Shown: positions 1 to 7,585, counted from the first letter of the stretch. The stretch is DNA of 64,000 bases from a virus (IMGVR_UViG_3300032223_000402:2218-66217), one strand, 5' to 3'. Program-made: numbers and translations. The notes: generated by a model from the sequence alone, not told the origin.

Positions 1-1
1 A

Positions 2-787
2 AAATTACCTAGTCAGGGTAAGTTTTATCCTCCGGGTACGCTAGATGTCAGCAGCAACGAAGAATATCCTGTATATGCGATGACTGCCAAAGACGAGCTG
101 ATGTTTAAAACTCCTGATGCGTTATTGTCTGGACAAAGCAGTGTAGAGGTTATCAAGAGCTGTATTCCAGCAATCAAAGATCCTTGGATGATGCCTAGCA
201 TCGACGTCGACTTTGCACTGATTGCCATACGTGTTGCTACCTATGGCGATAAAATGGAAATTGGTACTAAGTGTCCTGGCTGCGAAACTGAAAATGACTA
301 TGATGTTAACTTAACTAATTGGCTAGGAATGTTTAGTCAGTTTGTCTACAATGATACTGTGGTGATCGATCCGTTGATCATCAATCTCAGACCTTACACC
401 TATAAAGAACTGTCAAGAACTCAGATCAAAACACTTGAACAGCAAAAGATCTTTGCTATCATCAATGATGAAAAAATGGATGATGAGCAGAAAGTTGAAC
501 AGTTTGGCAAAAGTTTTATCAAGATTACAGAACTAACTGTTGATGTTATCAGCGATTGTATTTCTAAAATTGAAACACCTAACGGTGCTACCACTGACAA
601 AAAACAGATCAAAGAGTTTATCAATAACTGTAGTAAAGATGTGTTTGACAGAATATCAGATCATCTTAAAATAATGAAAGAGCAAATTGAATTAAAAGCT
701 CAGCACGTTCACTGTGAGGAGTGTGGCCAGGATTACGAAGTTCCAGTCACAATGGATCAGTCAAATTTTTTCGACGTAAAATCTTAA
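2..787 (+). CDS. T4 gp26-like baseplate hub assembly protein (5' end outside window)
   Basis: The frame is open from position 2 (KLPSQGKFYP...VYAMTAKDE), so the ATG at 80 is internal. LPS motif, D..F.LIAIR..TYG and two CxxC pairs (CPGC, CEEC) are typical of gp26-like proteins. Confidence 0.75.
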   Translation, partial: KLPSQGKFYPPGTLDVSSNEEYPVYAMTAKDELMFKTPDALLSGQSSVEVIKSCIPAIKDPWMMPSIDVDFALIAIRVATYGDKMEIGTKCPGCETENDYDVNLTNWLGMFSQFVYNDTVVIDPLIINLRPYTYKELSRTQIKTLEQQKIFAIINDEKMDDEQKVEQFGKSFIKITELTVDVISDCISKIETPNGATTDKKQIKEFINNCSKDVFDRISDHLKIMKEQIELKAQHVHCEECGQDYEVPVTMDQSNFFDVKS

Positions 788-999
788 ACTTATCTCTGCC
801 GGAGATTTTACAAGAGTCGGAAAGGTTAGACAAAGAGGCGAGATCAATCAAGAAAGACTGTCTAAAACTCTGCTGGTATATGCGGGGTATTAGTTATGCT
901 GAAGTTATGAATATGAGCTACGAAGAACGCGAGCTCATAGGTGAGATAGTCAAAGAAAATCTAGAAACAACTAAAAAATCTGGACTGCCGTTCTTTTAA
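721..999 (+). CDS. gp51-like baseplate assembly/chaperone domain, probably expressed as a -1 frameshift extension of the gp26-like ORF
   Basis: LCWYMRGISYAEVMNMSYEERELI resembles gp51/tail-chaperone GT-type segments. It lies in the -1 frame and overlaps the upstream ORF end at a slippery site (763-772). It has no well-placed start of its own. Confidence 0.6.
   Translation: MWPGLRSSSHNGSVKFFRRKILNLSLPEILQESERLDKEARSIKKDCLKLCWYMRGISYAEVMNMSYEERELIGEIVKENLETTKKSGLPFF
763..772 (+). promoter_or_regulatory. Putative -1 programmed ribosomal frameshift site (A AAT TTT overlapping T TTT TTC)
   Basis: Two overlapping X XXY YYZ heptamers in frame with the gp26-like ORF, a few codons before its stop. 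The -1 frame stays open to 999. Confidence 0.6.
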
Positions 1000-1385
1000 T
1001 GGAACTGTTCTTGGAAATCCAGCATAGCACGTTTTTGCTGTGCGTTTAGTTCTTGTCCGCGCAGCCCTGCTTCCAACGCTGAAACCAAAATATCTTTATT
1101 GATATGGTTAGCTGGCTTCATTGATCCATTTTTAACCTGTGCTGTGATTTTTTTGAGATTGTTAACGTCTGCTGGTAACAGTCTATCACCGTTTGCAACA
1201 GCACCAACAACATCACGTCCTAATGCCCAGCTAAAGGGATTTTGAACTAGATTAGGATCAACAGCTTTCTCTGTGTCTTTGAACCAAGTAGTTGGACTAA
1301 ACAAATTCTTAGCCGCTGTTCTAGCTTTGTCAAAATGTTGAGGATCGCTAGTATCAACCTTACCAAGGACTTCATTGATACGCAT
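996..1385 (-). CDS. Hypothetical protein, possible head-internal protein
   Basis: Likely start is the ATG at 1385 (MRINEVLG), just after the stop of the upstream gene. N-terminus resembles that of its neighbour (MKITEL). Confidence 0.65.
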   Translation of the reverse strand: MRINEVLGKVDTSDPQHFDKARTAAKNLFSPTTWFKDTEKAVDPNLVQNPFSWALGRDVVGAVANGDRLLPADVNNLKKITAQVKNGSMKPANHINKDILVSALEAGLRGQELNAQQKRAMLDFQEQFH

Positions 1386-1386
1386 A

Positions 1387-2424
1387 TTAGTACTTTCTAA
1401 AGATGCTGAATGTACCGTTGCGTACACCTTCAGCTACCATACGTTGTTTGGAACTGTGGATCTTAGAAGCTAGTTTCTCAGAAAGGTTAGTGCCTACTCT
1501 AATAATACTGTCGTTTGCTTGTGGAAGCAGTCTGTCACGTTCTGCATCAATCTCAGCCTGCGATGCCTGCGGAGCAGGAGCCGCTGCGGTTTTCTTATTG
1601 CGTGTACGTTTTGGCTTAGTTACTGGTTCACCAGCAGGTGCTGTTGTAGTTGCTGCATCTGCAGGTGCTGCTGTTGTAGCAGGAGGTGCTTCAGGAGCAG
1701 GTGCTGCGTCTGCTGCTGGAGCTGTATTTGTTTTGCTTACAGGAGCATTAGCCATTGTGTTTGGCTCTTTGCCTTGTAGAGTGTTTGCCATTGAACCAAA
1801 TGCGCCTGCGCCTGCATCACCAGCTGCTGCATCAGGTGCTGGTTTAGCTGCTTTGTCAGTCTGTGCTTTCTTGGCCATAACTGCATCTAGATTCTTTTTA
1901 ACGCTGTTTAGGTCACGTGTTCTTAGTTGTGGTAACAGTTTGTTAATCTGACCAACTGTTACCTTTGCTTGTTTTTCTTCAGCTGCTGCTTTTGCAGGAT
2001 CAGCAGCAGGAGCTGTTGTATTACCTGGCGCTGCATTTTGAGTCGTGTTTACATTTACGTTAGTTGGAGTAGGGTTACCGCCATTACCGCCCATACTGTT
2101 ACCAGTACCATTAGGGCCAGCTGCTCCGCCAGCACCACCTTGTCCTTGACCGTTGGCTGCACCTTGAGCTGCGTCTGCTGGTTGTTCTGCATCAGCGGCA
2201 TCTGGATATGGATCAGCATCGCCAGCAACTGTGGCTTTACCTGTGGCGTATCCTTTCTTAAATGCTCGGCCCATTCCGGCAACACCACCAGCTACAGCAC
2301 CAACTCCGTGTGCTACTCCACCAGCTAGTTTGCCGACTCCAGTGCCAAGAGCACCTAAAGGGCCTTCTTCAAGATGTTGCATTTCTTGAATTTCTGATTC
2401 AGTTAATAATTCTGTTATTTTCAT
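1387..2424 (-). CDS. Ala/Pro/Gly-rich low-complexity protein, possible head-internal/ejected protein
   Basis: 345-aa ORF with AGGA SD and an upstream TAAATA late-promoter-like motif. N-terminus MKITELLTESEIQE...LEEG. Confidence 0.75.
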   Translation of the reverse strand: MKITELLTESEIQEMQHLEEGPLGALGTGVGKLAGGVAHGVGAVAGGVAGMGRAFKKGYATGKATVAGDADPYPDAADAEQPADAAQGAANGQGQGGAGGAAGPNGTGNSMGGNGGNPTPTNVNVNTTQNAAPGNTTAPAADPAKAAAEEKQAKVTVGQINKLLPQLRTRDLNSVKKNLDAVMAKKAQTDKAAKPAPDAAAGDAGAGAFGSMANTLQGKEPNTMANAPVSKTNTAPAADAAPAPEAPPATTAAPADAATTTAPAGEPVTKPKRTRNKKTAAAPAPQASQAEIDAERDRLLPQANDSIIRVGTNLSEKLASKIHSSKQRMVAEGVRNGTFSIFRKY

Positions 2425-2456
2425 TTTTATAGATTCCTAAACACGCTCAAGTATTT

Positions 2457-2463
2457 TATTTAT
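2457..2463 (-). promoter_or_regulatory. Late promoter-like motif ATAAATA
   Basis: Matches the core of the T4 gp55-dependent TATAAATA, about 32 nt upstream of the ATG at 2424. The same TAAATA core recurs before many structural genes. Confidence 0.55.
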
Positions 2464-2469
2464 CGGAGT

Positions 2470-2562
2470 AATGAGCTAAAGCTCATTTGCGTTTTCGCTA
2501 TCGCTCAACGCATTTTTTCTTTCTTGAACTTATTTAAGATGAATAATAAATGCGAAGCATTT
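2470..2562. repeat. Cluster of three inverted repeats/hairpins
   Basis: AATGAGC-TAAA-GCTCATT (2470-2487); TGCGTT..GC-TATC-GC..AACGCA (2488-2512); AAATGC-GAA-GCATTT (2548-2562). Confidence 0.75.
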
Positions 2563-2564
2563 TT

Positions 2565-2929
2565 TTAGCATTATCTAGATTGTTCAGTCACACTTCGCCC
2601 TTGCGGGCGAAATAGATGTACATTATCTGAGTTGCACAGTACACTCTAGCGTTACAGCGGTTACAGAGGCGGTCATCCGGTACCTCGAGCTGCGTCTTCA
2701 TATGACGGCGGCCTACAAATCAACGCTAACTGACTTGCAGACGTGGGGTTTTTCTCCCCTCATTTTGCCTTTTATATTATTCAAATAACCAAATCGCAGG
2801 TCTTACAAGCGATCATCATCCAATCGGGTAGTGGTTAAGCACCTTTGCGGCAAGGTTTTCCGTCCCTGTGTACACGAAGACCAGGTTTAGAGCGCACGAA
2901 ATTAGGCCTGCGCTAGCCAAAAAACCGCT
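2565..2929 (-). ncRNA. Putative large structured non-coding RNA, family not recognised
   Basis: No ORF in the track. At least 7 stems, including TTCGCCC-GCAA-GGGCGAA (GNRA loop on the minus strand) and a 10-bp stem with 2 G-U pairs only on the minus strand. Predicted pseudoknot (2723-2728 with 2647-2652) and a long-range 7-bp helix. Boundaries approximate. Confidence 0.6.
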
Positions 2930-3364
2930 TTATTTTGCCTTTTTGTGTTCTTCTAGACGCTGTCTAAGTATATTTGAACCGCCAACTCTGACGTTTATAA
3001 TGCCATTATAGTAGTCATCTGACTCTAAAACTCTGCGTTCAAACTGCTCTCTAGCCTCTAAATACGACATTTCTGCCTTGGATTTGCAAAGGTAAAGTAT
3101 TTCTCTTGTGAAGTTTTCCGGACCTAATGCTTGGACGTCTGCGTTTAACCTATCAGATGAACCATAGTAATCGCGCCAATCGCTTTCTACTGTGCTTCTT
3201 CTTTTAAGTTTTTTGCCTTTGAGTGGAGGTTTAGTACGTTTAAATTGTGCTAATTTCTTGCCTATGTACTTCTGTCCGGTGGTGTTATTCGTGATGATAT
3301 AAACAAAGCCAATGTAGCCTTCTGGAATTTCGTTTAATATTTGATTTTGATACGTCCATTGCAC
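2930..3364 (-). CDS. Stand-alone GIY-YIG nuclease
   Basis: GFVYIITN...KYIGKK, YYGSS, E..Q and YYN motifs of GIY-YIG. 144 aa with no separate C-terminal DNA-binding domain. GTG start. Confidence 0.85.
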   Translation of the reverse strand: MQWTYQNQILNEIPEGYIGFVYIITNNTTGQKYIGKKLAQFKRTKPPLKGKKLKRRSTVESDWRDYYGSSDRLNADVQALGPENFTREILYLCKSKAEMSYLEAREQFERRVLESDDYYNGIINVRVGGSNILRQRLEEHKKAK

Positions 3365-3595
3365 TCACTTAGTTACCTTGGGTGGTCTACCCAACTTGCC
3401 TTTTCTGGCTAACTTGCGTTCTTCGCGCTTTTCTTGTATCTCAACTCGCCTTTTACTTGCCTGATTGCGTATTTCTGAAAGCCAAAATCGTGCTTTGATA
3501 CCTGCCTCGTCAGAGCCTTTGTATTCAAATCGTTCCTGCCATTTAAAGTATTCCTGAAAAGCAGCGATCATTTCATCGTGACTTTCTGTACTCAT
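3365..3595 (-). CDS. Small basic Hc1-like DNA-binding protein with AT-hook-like C-terminus
   Basis: F..KG...AG.KAR..L.E......R.E pattern like histone-like Hc1 phage homologs. C-terminal KLGRPPK. Confidence 0.55.
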   Translation of the reverse strand: MSTESHDEMIAAFQEYFKWQERFEYKGSDEAGIKARFWLSEIRNQASKRRVEIQEKREERKLARKGKLGRPPKVTK

Positions 3596-4140
3596 TGTAG
3601 ATTAGGACCTGTGTAGAATTTTGTTAGAGTTATTCGTTGACCTTGCGTTACAGGAGTGACCCTATGTACAATCCAACTAGGAAATACTAAGATAGTTCCT
3701 GGAACACCAAACTCAACGATCTCTTTTGAGCCGTTTAAAAATAATTCAAACTTGCCGCCTGTGTAATTGCCTTCTGATAGATTTAGTAGTGCTGTTAGTT
3801 TTATGTCAAATGGACGATTCTTTACGCCGTCCTTGTGCCAATCGTATTCGCCTTGGTTGCTTTCATCGTAGGTATTATAGTTTAACACTTCGTAGTGTGA
3901 GGTTTCAAATAAATTAAAGCCAAAGTATTCTTTATTAAGGTCTAGTACTGTGTTATGAAATTTTTCTAGTAGATGTTGAGCCTGAAAATAGTTAAAACAT
4001 TTAACTGATGCTGTTTTTGTTATAACATCAGCTGGTTGATCACCAACTCCGATATCAGGTAACCCTTTGATCAGAGTTCTCAGTGTTGATAATTCTGAGG
4101 ATGAATAACGTCCTCTTAGATAAACATAGTCACTGTTCAA
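3592..4140 (-). CDS. 2OG-Fe(II) oxygenase (prolyl-hydroxylase-like)
   Basis: YDWHKD (HxD), GG.F, FPS..VHRVTPVT.G.R motifs. Confidence 0.85.
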   Translation of the reverse strand: MNSDYVYLRGRYSSSELSTLRTLIKGLPDIGVGDQPADVITKTASVKCFNYFQAQHLLEKFHNTVLDLNKEYFGFNLFETSHYEVLNYNTYDESNQGEYDWHKDGVKNRPFDIKLTALLNLSEGNYTGGKFELFLNGSKEIVEFGVPGTILVFPSWIVHRVTPVTQGQRITLTKFYTGPNLQ

Positions 4141-4757
4141 GGTTCTTTCCCGAGAAATACATTGCCTGACACTGATATGCGAGTTTCATCGCTGCCAAAG
4201 AACGGATAAACACAATGTCTTAGCAGACTAGGGAACATCATAGTTTCACCTATGCTGTGTTTGTTAACACCCATAGTTGCACCTTGTGTTCTACCTAGTA
4301 TATCTGTATAGGTAAACTCTAATTGACCTGAGAATCTGTCTTTTGTTTCGTCAACACAGTCAGGGATACGTAGCCAAATAGTGTAACTTAGCACACCTCC
4401 GTGCATATGGTTAGGAATAAACTCTCCAGCCTTTTGAAAATTGATCCACGGACGCTCACAATAGTATTGTGGAGGAATCTTAGGAGCATCAAACGTTGCA
4501 AGATACTGACAGGTTTCTCTATATCGTACTGTACAGGCTAGGATATATTCTTTTAGATCTTTTTCAGTATCTGTAGTAAATCGATAATGCTTAGGAACAC
4601 CAGGTGATGAAAGGCCAGACATAGTTTCTTCGGCAGAATCTACATCCTTTTCTATTTGTTCTACTTCTGCTAACATTTTAATCAACAAATCTTTAGGAAC
4701 CCTTGCCCTGAGCAGGTTCATATTTGTCAATGCTACGTTAACACTTTCGATATTCAC
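4137..4757 (-). CDS. Putative 2OG-Fe(II) oxygenase
   Basis: WINFQ..GEF.PNHMH, FPS.L.HCVYPF and RISVSGN motifs typical of phage 2OG oxygenases. Confidence 0.8.
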   Translation of the reverse strand: MNIESVNVALTNMNLLRARVPKDLLIKMLAEVEQIEKDVDSAEETMSGLSSPGVPKHYRFTTDTEKDLKEYILACTVRYRETCQYLATFDAPKIPPQYYCERPWINFQKAGEFIPNHMHGGVLSYTIWLRIPDCVDETKDRFSGQLEFTYTDILGRTQGATMGVNKHSIGETMMFPSLLRHCVYPFFGSDETRISVSGNVFLGKEP

Positions 4758-6532
4758 GCTACAATCTCCACATCATTGCTGTAACTTGTAAAGCCGTTTT
4801 CTTTGATAACCTTAAGCACGTGATTTACACGACTTGTTAGGTCATCTCTATGTGAAATTAAGAATACATTCTTATCGCGTTCACGAGTCATCTTCTTAAG
4901 CACAGCAATACTAGACTCAACTCCGCTGGCGTCCATACCCGAATCAACTAATTCGTCAATGAATAACAGATTAATACTGTGGTATAGGTTCTCCCATACA
5001 TCGCGGAATGCCCACGACATACTGAGTATCAATCGGTTACGTTCACCACGTGACAGATTATCAAAGTCTAGGTCCTGCCCTAGCTGTGTAATAATAACAC
5101 TTAGGTCGTTTTGAAACTCAACAATGTGCGGCAAGCCGATCTTGTCAAGATAATAAGTTAGACGTTGATTTAAGAACGCTAGGTTTTGATCAATAATACG
5201 TTTGCGTACAAAACTATCTTTGTTTGTTAGTAGTTTGTACAGGAATTCTTGATGCTCTTTAACACGTACCAAGGTATTAACAGCTTCCCAGTCAATTTCC
5301 TGTACGGCTGTGCTACGTAGTTCTTCGATTTGTTCCTGATAAGGATTTGTTTCGCCTTCTTTGAGCATTAAATCCTTTTCAAGACTTTCGATTGTGTTCT
5401 TGTGATTCAGTGCTTGCTCTAATGTATCATAGAATACCTTAGGCATCACACCTAGCTCGCCAATTTCTTTAACAGCATCAGTTAGTTCTATCCACTGTGT
5501 ATTAGTCGCCAAGGCCTGTAATGCAGCTTCTTGTAGAGATTTCTTTTTGCTTTCTAATACTTCCTCGTGTTTGCTATCGTGTAGATCCTGACCGCAGGCA
5601 TAACACTTGTGATCTTCTAGATCTTTGATCTCTTTCTTTAGCTTTTCAACTTGCTTTTCTTCACGAGCCATATCTGCTTCTGCACGAGCAATGGTTTTGT
5701 TTAGATCTGCAAGATCTTTTTGTTTGTTATTGTATTCTGTAAGTGCTCTATGATTGGCAATTTCAGCTTCTGCGTCAATGTGACTCAAATGATCGATACT
5801 TTTTAAAATGTTCTCGACGTTTTTTTCTTTTGTATCATCCCACATTTTCTGTTTGCGCTCTAATGCTTCGATGCTTTGCTGAATGCGTTCGTTGCTGATT
5901 TTGATAGTTTCAATACGAGTGTTTTCTGTTTGAATATTGTCTTTGCTTTGTCGTATTTGTTCTTTGAGTGCTTCTGCTTTTTCACTTAGTAGTGTAATAC
6001 CCAACAACTGTTCGATGATATTGCGCTGATCGGCAGCCTTCATCGATAAGAATGGTTCAGTATAGGTGTTTAATGCCACAAGATGTTTGAACATCTCGTG
6101 ACTCATACTAATCATTTCTTCAATGGCTTTTTGTGTTTCACGGCTGTCGCCTTGACTTTCATCAAGATCTGAAAGCTCTTGTTCTTGACCATTGATGCTA
6201 AACTTCAATACGTTGGGTTTACGCCCACGCTCGATGTGATATTCCTGCCCATCTTTTTCAAATGTAACAGTAACCAGCATTCCTTTGCTGTTAATTTTGT
6301 TGATAAGATTATCACGTTTGATATTAGTTAGGGCCTGCCCGTAGATTGCATAGCTAAGACCGTTGATGATAGTAGTCTTACCTGTGCCGTTACGAGCGCC
6401 ACTGTCATCTCCTCCTAGATCTAGATTTTCACCTAAGACGAGAGTAAGCTGACCTTTATCAAAGTCGATGGCCTGGGTTTGATTGCCCACGCTCATAAAA
6501 TTACGTACAGTTAGGTTTTTTATCTTTATCAT
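4754..6532 (-). CDS. gp46-like recombination ATPase (Rad50/SbcC family)
   Basis: Walker A NGTGKT, coiled coil with CYAC zinc hook, LSRGE signature, LFIDE Walker B, ISH. Confidence 0.95.
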   Translation of the reverse strand: MIKIKNLTVRNFMSVGNQTQAIDFDKGQLTLVLGENLDLGGDDSGARNGTGKTTIINGLSYAIYGQALTNIKRDNLINKINSKGMLVTVTFEKDGQEYHIERGRKPNVLKFSINGQEQELSDLDESQGDSRETQKAIEEMISMSHEMFKHLVALNTYTEPFLSMKAADQRNIIEQLLGITLLSEKAEALKEQIRQSKDNIQTENTRIETIKISNERIQQSIEALERKQKMWDDTKEKNVENILKSIDHLSHIDAEAEIANHRALTEYNNKQKDLADLNKTIARAEADMAREEKQVEKLKKEIKDLEDHKCYACGQDLHDSKHEEVLESKKKSLQEAALQALATNTQWIELTDAVKEIGELGVMPKVFYDTLEQALNHKNTIESLEKDLMLKEGETNPYQEQIEELRSTAVQEIDWEAVNTLVRVKEHQEFLYKLLTNKDSFVRKRIIDQNLAFLNQRLTYYLDKIGLPHIVEFQNDLSVIITQLGQDLDFDNLSRGERNRLILSMSWAFRDVWENLYHSINLLFIDELVDSGMDASGVESSIAVLKKMTRERDKNVFLISHRDDLTSRVNHVLKVIKENGFTSYSNDVEIVA

Positions 6533-7539
6533 AGTTCTTTGTAAATCTCCAATAACATCCCTTTGTCGTAGCTGTCGCTTTCAATAGCATTGATCTGATT
6601 CATTACGATAGTGTCAACACTTTCAAAATTAATGTCTAACGGCACAGCATTAGATTCTATTTCTACCTTTTCTGGAATTAACATCAGTTCACGCAGATTA
6701 TACTGCGGAATAAACTGTTCCTTAATAAAATTAGCTTCTTCAAACGTGATAGGCAAATCAATTGTCACACGGCAATGCATCTTTTCACGCAACAACTTTT
6801 CTGGACTGTCAATGATTTGACTTAGTTTATAGGTTCTAAATGTAGGTTGACCTGGCCAAGTGTGATATTCAGGCTTGCCTCCCCACTCTAAGATCATCAT
6901 TCCTCGATCATCATCGCCCGCATCTGCATAGTTATGTGGAAACGCATTACCGATATAGGTAATGTTGCCTTTGCTTTGACGTTTATGGAAGTGACCGCTG
7001 AATACATATTCTTGATTTGTGAAATGATCACCTTGCAACTGTCCGTGATCTGGCATTTGCACCATTGCATTCATATAAAACAATGGCAATTCAAAGTGAC
7101 CAAATATGTAACGACTCTTTAGTTTAGGTACAGTTTTCCATTCTTCTCCAACTAACCAAGGCATAATAGTTACATCGCCTTCTGTTAGTGTTTCTTTGAT
7201 TGGAACTACGTTTGGAAACAACCGCATAAACTCAACAGAGTTGATTTCACGTTTGTCTTTATAGAATAAGTCGTGATTGCCTAGAATGAAATATACTTTT
7301 TCAAATGATTGGCTCAGACGCTCTAAATTACTGACTGTGTAGTTCATTGTACTAACATCGGTGGTTGAACGATTATGGTGCCAGTCGCCTAGAAAGATAC
7401 AGGTTTCTGCACCTTGGGCTTTTGCATTTTCACAGAACCAAGTTACAAACTCCTCGCAGTCTTGGTTGTGAGTTCTACTACCGGATTTTAGTCCGAAATG
7501 TATATCGGTAAAACACGCTGCTTTTTTAAATAATGACAT
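6529..7539 (-). CDS. gp47-like recombination nuclease (Mre11/SbcD family)
   Basis: Metallophosphoesterase motifs DIH, GDW, GNHD, GHF, GHFH. Translationally coupled to the gp46-like gene. Confidence 0.95.
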   Translation of the reverse strand: MSLFKKAACFTDIHFGLKSGSRTHNQDCEEFVTWFCENAKAQGAETCIFLGDWHHNRSTTDVSTMNYTVSNLERLSQSFEKVYFILGNHDLFYKDKREINSVEFMRLFPNVVPIKETLTEGDVTIMPWLVGEEWKTVPKLKSRYIFGHFELPLFYMNAMVQMPDHGQLQGDHFTNQEYVFSGHFHKRQSKGNITYIGNAFPHNYADAGDDDRGMMILEWGGKPEYHTWPGQPTFRTYKLSQIIDSPEKLLREKMHCRVTIDLPITFEEANFIKEQFIPQYNLRELMLIPEKVEIESNAVPLDINFESVDTIVMNQINAIESDSYDKGMLLEIYKEL

Positions 7540-7555
7540 TTTGATCTCCTTTAAT

Positions 7556-7585
7556 ATTGTACTACATTTACAACACTAAGGTCAA
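7556..7585 (-). promoter_or_regulatory. Sigma70-type promoter for the gp47-gp46 operon
   Basis: TTGACC-N18-TACAAT on the minus strand, followed by an AGGAG SD (7546-7550). Confidence 0.6.

Noticed and set aside
1403-2328. Plus-strand ORFs of 182, 86 and 119 aa (Cys/Ala-rich)
   Set aside because: Antisense shadows of the GCA/GCT-rich 345-aa gene. The Cys runs come from reverse-complemented Ala codons.
2569-2672. CRISPR or mini-array
   Set aside because: Only two imperfect repeat copies and no cas genes. Kept as a direct-repeat finding instead.
2565-2929. Group II intron, tRNA, tmRNA or RNase P RNA
   Set aside because: A GTGCG occurs near the 5' end but there is no canonical domain V and no RT gene. 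No cloverleaf/TTCGA arm or RNase P GAGGAAAGUCC motif is seen.
2425-3364. Group I intron carrying a GIY-YIG homing endonuclease
   Set aside because: No recognisable P7 R/S core sequences. The flanking genes look complete with their own starts and stops rather than being split exons.
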